64,000 nucleotides of DNA. Origin: Magallana gigas. Taxonomy: Eukaryota. The DNA is taken from the NCBI RefSeq assembly GCF_963853765.1, contig NC_088857.1, forward strand, positions 41,044,001 through 41,108,000, written 5' to 3'. A model generated the notes under the pieces. That model was not told where the DNA came from. It saw nothing but the letters and a program-made list of their open reading frames with translations, and did not search any database. The position numbers were made by a program, and so were the translations under genes. Of this stretch, positions 37,193-48,703 are shown one piece after another (positions within the stretch are counted from its first letter, which is position 1; each line of letters opens with the position of its first letter).

Positions 37193-38665
37193 GTAATCGC
37201 GCAATAGGACCTATAAATAGCTCTGATTACGTGTGTCAAAGCGTCCGTGTTTCTCACTGTGTGGATTAGTGACCCAGATAAACATAATGTGAAGGGCTCG
37301 ATAAAATGAAATAGTTGGACAATATTGAGAATGGAACAAAAATACTGCACCATAACCTAAGATGTATTTTTAATGACATATTACAGTGAATTTGCATATT
37401 TATGGAAGTGATCATTCAAGTACAGTAATTGACCAAAAAAATATTGATTTAAAATATTAATGAATGATATACAAAATTGTATGTATTTGTCCAATCTATC
37501 AGAAGAACTCTCTAGCCCATGACTGCCTTCCTCTTTTTCATATTTCTGGGGGGTGGGGGAGGGGGCTGATCAACCATTATTATCATCATTTTAATATTAT
37601 TTTCAATATTTCTAGGTGTTTAAATGTTATGATGTCGAACTCAGATTATTTATTTAACCCACCTCCATTCCAAGTTCAGCCTTTGGATTCCCAGATTAGT
37701 TTACATATCCACAACAAAACAAATGATGGCCACAATACACACATTCAAACAGAAGCATTTTTCTCCCATATGTATAACACATTGTGACCTTAAAATCATA
37801 TTGCATGTTGGACAAAATATTATGATAAAGTGATATCAACAATGAACAAGTGACCACACATCCACAGAATACTCAAATTTTCTTAGTCTTTTGAAAGTAA
37901 AATGTGATAAATTCACAACTGTAAAGCAATGTCAAATCCAATTTTAGATGAGAAACAACGAAAAACATTTACAATTTATGATTTATAGAATACAGTTCCT
38001 GATTAAAGAATACACTGAAAGATATACTTGAAAAGATAAACAATGAATTTTTAGAGAGGGGGAGGGGTTAAACACTTATTAGAGTTTATTTACTTTGTTA
38101 GTACTACTCAACTGTCTATTGGACATTATCTTAATACTGTTCAAATTAAAAGGTTTTACAAGTTAAAGTTTCCGTGGATTCATTAGATTTCATGGTGGCT
38201 CAATTTTGGTGGAATTTGTACCTCTCATCCACAAATTAATATCCTAATTGAATTAATAATCAAGGGTTACAACTTCATATTTCGGTAACCTTTTGTTGTT
38301 ATATGATAATTATGTCCCCACGAACCTGTAAAGTGTAAGCAATCAATGAAAATTGGCCCCTTCAAATTTTAATGTTTCCACAGAAACTATTCAGACTCAG
38401 ATAATTTTGAAAAGAATAACTTTCTTGTATGAAAAAAAGAAATAGTGTAAATATTACTTCTCCTCCCCCTTCCACCACCACAAAAAAAAAACCACAAATA
38501 TAAAAGCAAAACAAAACGAAAAAGGGAACTTTAAATATAGTGAAAGGAAGTGCTAAAAATGAAGAACAAAATAAAATTGAAAGTAAATTGCTACATTTTG
38601 CATGATTTAATAATTGTGATATTTATTTTATAGAATAAAGTGAGACCATGTAACTAGAGAAAAAA

Positions 38666-41600
38666 ATGACAGATGTGATGGAACAAGAAGATGAATATGG
38701 AGGAGGTACAACTGATGAGTATGATCCTGAAGAAGACACTAAGCCAAACCAAAATGTAGAGGAGGGGGAACAGGGAGAAGCAGGTCCAGAGGAGAAGCAG
38801 GAAGAGGGTGAAGAAGAGGAGGAAGGAGAAGAAGAAGGGGGCATAGAACAGGATGTAGAACAGGAGACAGGGAAGCATAGAAGAAAACGTCACAGAAGTA
38901 GTCAAGAGGATCCAGAGGGGAACCATTATGGAGACTTGAGAAGAAGAGGTCATCGGTCACATGATTCTGAATATAAAAAATTTAAACACTCGGGAAGTGA
39001 TCGCTCGGAGGGCGAACAAGACAGTCAGCAATATCCAGGGGGAGATTACTCTGACCAAGAGGAATCGCATGAGAAAGAGCGTCGAAGACATAGAAGGTCA
39101 GAGGACAGGGGAAAGCATAGGCGTCATGGAAGACGTAGAAAGGACAAGTCCAAGAGCAAAGTGAGGTTAGATGACTCGAGAAGCAGCCAAGACATGGAAG
39201 CAGAGGACGGTGAGATTCTGGAGGATGGGGAAATTGAAGAGGAAGGGGAAGAAGGGGGTGACATTCGAGAGGAAAACCATAGAAATGGTTCCAGAATGGA
39301 ACATCATGGTAGTAGGAGGAAATATGACAGAGATGGAGGTAGGGCAGGTTCATAGTGATAAGTACAGTTTCTGTTTGTTTATTTTCCATTAACTCACAAT
39401 TAGTTTTATGTTATTTCTCACACTGAAATGTCTCTTTATTTAAGAAGTTGTCATGAAAATGTCATAAATGATGTAGATGCATGAATATATTTTGTGAGTT
39501 TGGTTTTTTATTAGGGAAGTCTGGAGACAACAGAAGAGATGGAGATTATCAGGACGATGATTTTGAAGAGGGGGGCAGTGATCAGGATAAGGGGCATCCC
39601 AGGGAACGGCACGACAACAGACGACCTCATCCTCGCAGGGACCGACATGGCAGGGATAGAGAGAGGCGGGATCGCAGAGGAAGGAGAGATGAAAAGGTGA
39701 GGAAATTATTCTGACATTATATATATATATTTATATATTAACAGACTGTTATGGATTATCCACACATTTATATATTGATAACTTTATTGCGACATCATAA
39801 AAGCAGCTATTAACTTATTTTGGTAATTAATTGCGAAATTTATTTTTAACAATAATTTACATAGCAACAGAGAAACAAAGGGAAAAGGTCATCAAAATAC
39901 CACGATTATGACAATGTTGATGATGAGAATCAACAAGCTTGGATGTCTCACAAAAAGAACTCTTCAGGCTCACACAAGCATGATTACGACTCCCAGAATT
40001 ATGGAGGAGGAGACAGGCGGGGGGATAGATTCGAGAGCCCTCCAGGTCCCTATGACAGTCCTTCAGATGAAGATGAAGGGTAAGTCAATCTTGTCTATCT
40101 AAAGAATAACCATGAATGAATTTATATATAAATATTCAATTGTAAGTGTTAAGATTTTAAAAAATTTTACATGTAAATTGTATGTAAAAATTTTAATATA
40201 TTTTGTTCTAATCACCATATTTGAATCATTTGTAAGTTTAATTCCTATTTGATCGTGAATTTAATAAGAATATTTTGATGTAAATAACACCCTATAAATA
40301 TGTTCTAGTTAATAACCCCAGGTAATATAGTTTTTAATCAACATTTTGTTGATCAGAAATAAGATTAAGAGGGGAAAACTCTTATATGATAAGATAACTC
40401 TTGCACTTCTGTAGATACAATGGACACCATGAAAGATCAAAGAAGAACAAAAGTATGTTAAGTTTAGTAGGAGATAACATGCTGGATCCAAATATTGCAG
40501 CTGAAGAAGGCCAGGTATACATTTATGCATATAATTTGGCAATGCTTATCGTTTAAATAAATACAACTGTGTTAAGTTTAATTAAAAACAGAATTGCATC
40601 TTGTGCAAAAGTAACAGGTTTATAATAACAGGTTATTTATTAAATTTGTATTTAGTAAGTATTTGAATCCTTTATTCTCTCTAATGATATATTTTAATAG
40701 GCAATATGTGTAGTTCTCAGTCTTTACCAAATTTTTTTTCCAACAACTGCCCTTCGGGCAGATGTATCAATGAATTGTACCAGCCCGAACAAAAATGTAC
40801 ATGCCCAAGAAAAAACTCACAGAAAAGTTTTATTAAAGTCATTTTATTCTTAAAGTTAATATCTGCATTTATATTCTCTCTAGTTCTCTTTCAACTTCAA
40901 GCTCTGTTAGTTTGTTATCACTATCAGAATCTGATTCTGTGTCACTCTCAGCATAGGCGTCGGAACCGGGGGGCTTAGCCCCCCCCCCCCCCCCCCCCCT
41001 CCCCCACCACCACTTTTTTTGCTAAGTTATGATTTTGGGAATTAGGTTTTTTTCTCTCAATATTTCTGAGGATCAGTCTAGCCCCCCCTTTCAATTTGCT
41101 TCCGACGCCAGTGCTCAGTGACAGTCTCTCCTTCCATTTCAACCTGTAACAACAGAAAGATGTAAGTCAGATATTTCAGCCCAGGAATCATAGCGAGATC
41201 TCATGGCAAATTTGTTGCCATCGACGTTAAAAAGACGCTTTCATATCTACGAACACAGTCGAGTATTGCAAGCGTTTGCATGATTCGAATTAAGTTAAGT
41301 TGTACGAAGATTTATTCATATTAGTTAATTTATTGAACGAATCGATGTTATAAAAAATGGCGACGAACGTAAATAAAGTATCTATTGGAGATTGAAAGTT
41401 TACATGCCCATCGGGCTTGCGAGTGTGTAAGTTTCACATGCCCTCTTTCATTATTACCAGGCCCCGGGCATCGGACTCCCGGGATTTGTCGCAGACTGAG
41501 TTCTAGGGTTTGAGAGTTATTCATTAATTATGAATATAAAAGCTTTATTCTGACGTGTTTGTTATTATGCAATTCATTGTATGTGAAAATTGTAATGTTT

Positions 41601-44600
41601 GCCACAAATCAAATATTTTTTCATCAGGAAATATATAAGAAACCACCACCAAAGAAAAAAAGAAATTTTGACAGAGATGGAAGAGGAGGTGGCCATAATA
41701 ACCATGACAAGGGAAACAATAAAAGGAAAATGCAGTCTCGAGATCACAACCCTGATCAACCCAAGAAAAAGCCCTTACTTAAAACTCCAATGGAGGAAAG
41801 ACCCATATGTAGATTTTACAAGGAGGGAAAGTGTCAAAAGGTAAAGATTTTTTGGAAGTCTGTTCTGATTTTTTTTATTGTTAACCGTGTTTTCCAACGG
41901 AAAAATCCGGTTATTAAAATGGTGAAAATGGCGGGCGGGCGGCTGCCAAAAGGGTACCCTCATTGTACGGATAACTCCTCCTACAGTTTTCAAGATAGGA
42001 AGTTGTTCTTTTGCAGATCAATTGTACATATATCAGAGGTGTGCATATTGCTAGGATTTTGATTTCCGATAATTTATCAAAATAATACCAGCTTTTGAAC
42101 TTAGTCATTTTTTGGCAAAATATTTCATATAGGGTACCCTCATTGTACGGATAACTCCTCCTACAGTTCTCAAGATAGGAAGTTGTTCTTTTGCAGATCA
42201 ATTGTACATATATTAGAGGTGTGCATATTGCTAGGATTTTGAATTCTGATAATTAATCGAAAAAATACCAGCTTTTGAACTTAGTCATTTTTTGGCAAAA
42301 TATTGCATATAGGGTACCCTCATTGTACGGATAACTCCTCCTACAGTTCTCAAGATAGGAAGTTGTTCCTTTGCAGATCAATTGTACATATATCAGAGGT
42401 GTGCATATTGCTAGGATTTTGATTTCCAATAATTTATCGAAAAAATACATGTACCAGCTTTTGAACTTAGTCATTTTTTGGCAAAATATTGCATATAGGG
42501 TACCCTCATTGTACGGATAACTCATCCTACAGTTTTCAAGATAGGAAGTTGTTCTTTTGCAGATCAATTGTTCATATATCAGAGGTGTGCATATTGCTAG
42601 GATTTTGATTTCTGATTATTTATGAAAAAATACTAGCGTTTGAACTTAGTCATTTTTTGGCAAAATGTTGCATATAGGGTACTCCATTTCACTGGATATG
42701 GGTTGACATGGATTATGGATACAGTTCGCATAAAAGAAAACCTGGTTTGCTGTCACATTGACAGCTTTTCACTTGTTCATTTTTTTTTTAAATGCTAGAG
42801 AAATTTGTTTTTGATAAAGAGGTGTTGATTTCAGTGTTTTGATACCATTTTTCACAATTGTAAATGGGGTAAATATAGAATTCCAATAATAATCAATTGA
42901 CTGTTCTCTTTTATAGGGGAGTGATTGTCCATTCAACCATGAGAAAATGCCAAAGAAACCAGAACTCTGCAAATACTATTTGAATTCCTATTGTTCCAAA
43001 GAAGATAACTGCATTTTCATGCACAATATCCTTTCTAAAATTTCAAAAAAAAAAAGAAAAAAAAAAAAAAAAGATGTTTTAAAAGTTTTGTTTTTTACCT
43101 GCAAAGGCTTGATATGCATTAAGAAAAAAAATCCAAATGTTGTGTGTAATATTCCTTAACTGATGTAAGTGAATTTCCTTGCAAGTTCTTTCATACTGGT
43201 CAAGAATGCTATGGCGGAGATAACTGTAAATTCTCACATGATCCTCTTACAGATGAAACGAAGCATCTAATTGAAAAGGTAAGAAATGATTGTGACAGGA
43301 GAATTTTCTTGAGAAATACCTATGTGTTTGAACAAAATTATTATACTGCCAATACCTTAATTACAGAGGTACAGCAACCATGACCATGATGCTGAATTTG
43401 AGGAGGACAGACAGAGAAACAAAAATCGACCAAGTTTATTAGGTATGTGTTACTATATTAAACCAAACTTCTATTTTCCTTTATTTTTATGTCGGTCTGT
43501 CTGTTGGTCGGTCGGTCCACCAACAGTTTCCGTTCATTTTCTTCGCAGAGGATGACCATATTGAAATGAAATTTGATATACAGGTCTATCATGATAATAT
43601 CTAGGTCAAGTCCGATATTGGGTATGATAGAGCTATTTTCCACAGAGTTATGGCCCTTGGACGTAGAAAAATTCTAGTTTTTTGCAGTTTCCGTTCATTT
43701 TCCTCGCAGAGGATGAACATATTGAAATGAAATTTGGTATACAGGTTTATCATGATAATATCTAGGTCAAGTTCGATATTGGGTATGATAGAGCTATTTT
43801 CGACAGAGTTATGACCCTTGGACGTAGAAAAATTCTAGTTTTTTGCAGTTTCCGCTCATTTTCCTCACAGAGGATGAACATATTGAAATGAAATTTGGTA
43901 TACAGGTTTATCATGACAATATCTAGGTAGAAAAATTCCAGTTATTTGAAGTTTGCGTTCATTTTCTTTGTGGATGTTTCCAAGGGAGGGGGGCATAAGT
44001 GTTTCACAAACATCTCTTGTTTCATAGATTTTTTTTTTTTGAGTAATGTTACATTGACTAGTATTGGTTTAGATCAACCGATAATCTCACTATTTATAGG
44101 TGTTTTTTTTATGAATGGCACATGTACCGGTAGTACTTCTTGGACAAAGATGAAATTCACAGTGCATTGTAAAATGTAGATCATTTAAGTTTGCAAGACA
44201 TGCAAATATTTCTGTTTTTTTCAGGATCTCCTCCAAGACACTTACTTGTAGACCCTGCTGTTCAAGAGAGAATAAAGAAAATTCCATCCATATTTGATAT
44301 TGAAACACACCCACCAAATCAAAGTCCCAACAAACCAAGTGGACATGGGGGTCCACCAAACATGATGCACCCTCCTCACATGCAACCTCCCAGGTGGGCT
44401 TAACAGTGTAATTCAGTATCGATCATAAAATTTTAATAACAAAGAAAATTTAGATTCATCATATGTTCTAATGTTATTTAACTCTACACAAAGACCATAC
44501 CATTTATTTGTTTGTAGGCCAGGATTTTACAATGAAATGAATATGAACCGCATGCAAGGCCCAGGACATCAAATGAACCAAGGTCCTCCTGGACATATGG

Positions 44601-47433
44601 GACCGATGGGCCCAATGGGTCCCATGAACCAAGGACACATGATGGGTCCCAGAGGGCCTATGAACCAAGGCCCGCACATGGGACCACCAGTTTCCTTGCC
44701 CGGACCAATGATGGGTCCTCCACGAATGATGAATCAAATGAATCCAGCTCTGAATCCTGCTGTGGCATTAGTTGGGGCATTACTACAACATGCTGCTGGG
44801 GTGAGGCAGCCCAATGTATCTGCTGGAGGGCCAATGCCCAACCAACAAGGGGGGAATTTCCAAGGTCCCGGTGATCATCAAGAGGGACCATTTGCAGGGC
44901 ATTCAGACCAAAACAAACCTTTCCAGGAAGTAGATAATCAAGGCCCTGGACCACAATCAGGTGATGATATGGAGGAACAGAATCAAACATTCCAAGGCAG
45001 CAGCAGAGACAGAGGTACAGCATGTTACTTGATGATATTATACAGTGTATTTAATGAAAATGTGTCATTTGATATATATGGGTAATCGATTCATTTTGTT
45101 TCAGATGGTGATGGTAGTAAGAGAGATGATAAAATGAAAGACGCAGATCCAAATAAAGAAAAACTGGCAATGCTTGGAATTGAAACTGATGAGTACTTAA
45201 CATCAAACCAAAGAGAACTGTTCCAAAGAATCAACAAGACCTCAGAGGGAAAAGAAGAAACAAAAGAAAACCAAGAAACAAACTCCAAGTCTGATAACAA
45301 CACGGAGAGTGATTCTAAAGAGAAAGGTAAAGAGACGAGAATACGATGACAGTCTTTTGCAATTACGTATATGTACATTATCAGCAATTTCTATCTAATA
45401 TTAAGATATAAATTTATCAGTTACACAGAATATGTATTTAAATTATTTTCATTTTGCTTATTTCACAGTTTATGTGTTCTTTTTTTTTATAGTTGAGGAT
45501 GACAACTGGTACTCAAGTGATGAAGAGGATCAAAAAGATTCCAAAAAACTGACAGATGTACTCAAGAACATTAACCGACAAGTAAGTACAAATGATGCAA
45601 GTTATCTTAAAGGAATTTTACAAGTACTTAAAGGAAGTTCATGATGAATAAAAAAAGAGCTTGTTGATAAGATTGCAGTGAAGATATAAATTATTGTCTC
45701 TCTTCTTGTTTCAGTCTTCCACTCCACTCAGTCCACAGTCAAACAATCCTCCCTCTAGCACTCCAAGCACCATGAACATCATGCAAATGATTAATGCTAT
45801 CAAAACTAGTAGCACTGGGGCTACCTCACCTCCAATCAAGTATGTTTATAATACTTATATGTTTATTTTATCTCTTAATTGTTATGTTGATATACAAGTA
45901 GATTTTTACTTTTAAAAAAACCCCAGCAGACTTGTTGATAAATCACTTTTACTTTAGGATGTAAAATACATTTGTAAAATGCAAATGTTTTTCTTATCTG
46001 TAATCTATTATCATTGCCTCTAAAAGGTTTGTCCTCCTCATAAATATATGTGTTGATTATTATTTGATTATTGTATGTTTTGTAGCTCTACTGCTTCTAT
46101 GCCTAGAGATCCAAGAAAAAGACAAGATCCAAGGTCATTTGGTAAATCGGGGGATAAATCAACTCCTCCAATCATTCCCATAGAATCTCAAGACACTCCA
46201 TTTGAAGCCCCTCCTCCAGTGTTTATAACTTCAAGTGAAGGTGATGTGGTGTGGAATGTCATACCAGTGACAGTAGAACGTTCTCCTAAAACACCCCCCA
46301 CAGGTGTCAATCTCTCTGATCCAAAGTACAAAAGTGATCCAAGGGTTCAAAAACTGTTAAAACACATAGAAGCCACAAGGGGTCAGACTGCAGATAATAA
46401 AACAGATGTTCAGAAGCAGGTTGATCCTCGTACTGGCCAGCCTGTCAAAGCGGGGGCTTCCCAAGGAGATCCTCGCTTAAAAGCTGGAAGTGATTCTGTA
46501 AACCAGTGGGATCCACGTCTCGGGCGAACAAATTCTGATTCAGGTGCTCGTGCTGGTGACCCAAGGTTACAGCGTACTCCTTTAAATCCACCAATGGGTG
46601 TTCAACCAGTGAGACCCACATTGGATCCCAGAATGGGCAGACAAAACAGTCAATCTGACAATTTAGGTTCTGTGGACCCTCGCTTCTCAAGGCAAAATAG
46701 TTTAAGTGGTATGACAAGGCCTGCTGACCCTAGAATGGGAAGGCAAATATCTGAACAACCTGTAGAACAAAGGTCACCAGGGCTTCTGCCTACACCCCCC
46801 ATACCTCCAATGCCAGCAGCCATAGCAAATGATCCAAGACAAAGCAGTGATCCAAGAAAGTTTGGTAGACAGAACTCGACTCCTGATCCAAACAGTGCTA
46901 TGTTACCTGACTTAAGTCTCAAACCTCTCGGTGAACCATTAATTAATCCAAAAACTGATTTGTTATTAGATGAAGAAAGTCTTCAAAATATGACAATGGA
47001 CAGGCAGCTTAGTCAGTCTGATTCAGAGAAGGGAGGTGGAGATCCTGCAGACAAACCCAAACTAGACTACCGCAATGATCCACGCTTCAAGCGAAAACCA
47101 GCCACTAAACGAAAAGGAAGTATGGAGTATGCCTCCCCGCTAGACAGAGAAGAGCCAGGACAGGATAATGTGTCAAGCTATAACAGTTACAATCGTCCCC
47201 CACCAAATAATCCACCCAAAACTGATCCCCGAATGAACAAAAGTGATCCAAGGACAATGCCCAAACCAGAACAGAAAGTAGCTCCAGAAAGTGTAAATGT
47301 GGCTCCAGCTGTGGACAATGAAGCAGGGGGCTTAACTCCTCCTGGACCTGACTTGGCTTTTGCATCAGAAGCTGAAATTAACACAAAAGATTTCTTTAAG
47401 ACTATGGATCCCACAGCATCACCATTTTGTTAG
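38666..47433 (+). CDS. ZC3H4: CCCH zinc finger protein ZC3H4/ZC3H6 family (Suppressor of sable / Restrictor subunit homolog), 14 exons, about 1375 aa
   Basis: Exons 38666-39338, 39515-39696, 39865-40079, 40415-40514, 41628-41840, 42917-43025, 43169-43278, 43367-43442, 44225-44393, 44518-45014, 45105-45326, 45493-45581, 45715-45839, 46086-47433; total 4128 nt. Three tandem CCCH fingers ([58 protein letters not shown]), [17 protein letters not shown], many DPR motifs and C-terminal DPTASPFC. Co-ortholog of vertebrate ZC3H4/6. Confidence 0.92.
40952..41113. mobile_element. 162-bp C-run MITE with 5-bp TSD
   Basis: TIR CATAGGCGTCGGAA / TTCCGACGCCAGTG (2 mismatches); CTCAG at 40947-40951 and 41114-41118; in ZC3H4 intron 4. 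Confidence 0.88.
41870..42777 (+). mobile_element. Helentron-type non-autonomous element (HINE) carrying a 180-bp tandem array (4 full units plus a partial)
   Basis: 5' subTIR/IR hairpin AACCGTGTTTTCC..GGAAAAATCCGGTT, then (GGCG)n; units start at 41951, 42131, 42311, 42497, 42676; 3' subTIR GAAAACCTGGTT, palindrome GCTGTCA-CAT-TGACAGC (42749-42765), end CACTTGTT; T-rich flanks without TSD. Confidence 0.85.
43026..43168 (+). other. U12-type intron with apparent AT-AA termini, ZC3H4 intron 6
   Basis: 5' splice site ATATCCTTT; perfect branch site TTCCTTAAC at 43152-43160. Only a junction after 43168 (..TGTAA|GT GAA) keeps CCCH2 in frame with CCCH3 ([14 protein letters not shown]). Confidence 0.85.
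43484..44021 (+). mobile_element. Helentron-type element with 161-bp satellite-like monomers (2 full plus 1 internally deleted)
   Basis: (GTCG/GTCT)n microsatellite at the 5' side; monomers start at 43524, 43685 and 43846; 3' box GGGGGCATAAG, hairpin TGTTT-CAC-AAACA, end CTTGTT. The 5' box is largely deleted. The monomer resembles the oyster Cg170-type satellite (from memory). Confidence 0.8.
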
Positions 47434-48703
47434 ATGTCTCCCTTTACATAACATCTTAAAGCTTTACATAATTTCTTTGAATTGATTGGTATATGTACAT
47501 GTTGTATGTAATTGTGAATCTGAAAGTTTTATAAAATGTATGAATACATTGATATGAAATGCATGTGACATGGTATCATGATTGAATGATGAAGAGAAAA
47601 AGAAAGCTCCGAATAGAAAAGAAATTCATCTTGTTGCCAAATGATCTACTTATTGACATTTTTATGGTTGTTTTATATTTTGGACAACCGTTGTTACATT
47701 GTTGATTGTGAGATTGTTGTTGACCGTCTCTGGCTTTACTGGATTATCATTATTAATGTGTTCAGTTTGCAATACTACTAAACATTGCTTCACCAAATTT
47801 TCTTGGAACAAATTAGACTTTAGATAGAGTTTATGTACATACAAGTGTTGCATTTACTTTTTAAAGATATTTTTAAAAGTTGTATTGTTTATACATGCAT
47901 ATTATATGTTTTAAAGATCAAAAGTAATACATGTGATTGCGTTTATTAAATTTCAATACATTGTAGTTGATAAAACGATTTCTTGCAACAAGTGCTCATG
48001 GAAATTAATATGTGAATGTGATATTTTGGTAGAATGTGTGTTTTACTGACCCATAACGATTCTTAACTCTTTTTCTTAAAGCATACTGCAACATTTTGAT
48101 AGATTTATGATAACTGTAACCAGAAAGTTTTATATGAATGAATTCATGATGAAAAGTTATATGAAATATGGAAAGGTTTTATGATGAAATTAATGATGAA
48201 AAGTTATATGAAATATGGAAAGGTTTTATTTCAGTTTTGATAATTTTTTCCCCTAGAATATACATGTATAAATATTTTAACCATGGTTGTTTCATGAATG
48301 CATGAATTCATGTAAAATGTTTAATGTTTTTCTTGTAAGATATGTGTGAATGAATTGCTAGAATGAGTGTATGGAAGTTTTAAGAAAGAGAAATTGTAGT
48401 GCAGAATTGACCTGTGATGTTGTATACTCTATACTCCACCCTACAAAATTAAAAAAATATGGACATTTTAAATGTGTTGTGTTTGTATATAGTATACATA
48501 AACCTTGATAACACAAGCAGATTAATTAAAGTGAAACAATATATTTTTTTAAAGTTCTTTTTTAAAATTTCCGCGTTAAATCAGGTTATATGTAGGGCGA
48601 ACGAGTTATCTTTCTTTAATGGCAAAAGGATCTCTTACGTCGGAGGTACTAATAGTCTCATACAAAACAAAAGTTACAATCATCATCGTAATCGTTTGGT
48701 AAA

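Noticed and set aside
41914-42567. Repetitive 95-104 aa minus-strand ORFs
   Set aside because: Translations of the 180-bp tandem monomers.
48146-48229. 37-bp direct repeat (period 47) containing ATGATGA downstream of ZC3H4
   Set aside because: Simple local duplication in AT-rich 3' sequence; no D box or other structure.
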